Assembly: GCA_002256025.1 (NCBI GenBank)
Contig: NKIB01000308.1
Location: forward strand, 1 to 33,782
DNA from: Asterionella formosa
Taxonomy: Eukaryota
Length of the DNA: 33,782 nt
Direction of reading: 5' to 3'
Positions 33,214 to 33,782 of the stretch are shown piece after piece; position 1 is the first letter of the stretch, and each line of letters opens with the position of its first letter. A program made the position numbers and the translations under genes. The notes beneath the pieces are model-generated. The model saw nothing but the letters and a program-made list of their open reading frames with translations. It made no database searches and was not told where the DNA came from.

Positions 33214-33782
33214 GTTCCTAGTTTACTACTCCTCCGACTACCCCCAGTATATCACTTACTACCTGCTACTGGTACTCTGTATATATATATGATATATTGT
33301 TATTGTCATATGATGTACCGGTACACATCAAGAGCTCCCAACCAAAAAAGGGGCTTAAACAATTTGCAAACAAAACCCTGGCGGCTATTTAACGGTCTAA
33401 ATAATTAGTTTCAACGGACGTAGAAAATATCGATGCAAACAAATTTCAGAAACAATTCCGGAACACGTAGTTGTGGAAAACAATGGACATATAGCTAGTG
33501 CATTGAGTATTTTCAAATTATGTATATGCGAGTATGATCATCTCAACCATATCAGATGTTCCATATCGAGAGCGCCTTTGAATTTTATAAATGTATAACA
33601 CTTAATATATATATATATATTTATAAATTTTATTACTATATGAATGGCATATATATTTTTGAAATCGTTCTGTCATGTTAACAAACAATGCCTGCTGCTT
33701 CATGAAAAGATACGTCGTAGTAAAGCACATTAAAAGAAAAGAAAATTTTCGCAATACATAACGAAAAACATTGTGACTTCGA

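Overview
Eukaryotic nuclear DNA, most likely a diatom (short GT-AG introns, bipartite plastid-targeting presequences, diatom-type retroelements). Host genes: LYRM5/ETFRF1, a PsbQ-like thylakoid lumen protein, a TauD/BBOX-type dioxygenase, a METTL7-like methyltransferase, a two-exon bHLH factor, a SNAPC4-like Myb protein, a 651-aa unknown, a four-exon M11 metalloprotease with a P/T-repeat tail, plastid YbaB/EbfC, eIF3h, and a LysRS with a C-terminal GST/EF1B-like appendage. Mobile DNA: the 3' end of a Ty3/gypsy element, a TA-flanked CCA...TGG MITE, a decayed non-LTR (Ambal-like) retrotransposon, a possible Kolobok/MULE-like remnant, a truncated PGRL1 copy and a ~91-bp minisatellite. The most striking signal is the palindrome TACCGGTA: 19 copies by hand count versus about 0.5 expected, none in an intact CDS, plus variants such as TACCAGGTA and TACCTGGTA. 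At three sites, comparison with sister repeat copies or the expected protein indicates the motif arose by insertion of CCGGTA at a TA. This fits large-scale excision footprints of a TA-targeting transposon with CC...GG ends, and a candidate element with such ends is present in the window. All calls come from reading the sequence by eye; no database searches were run.
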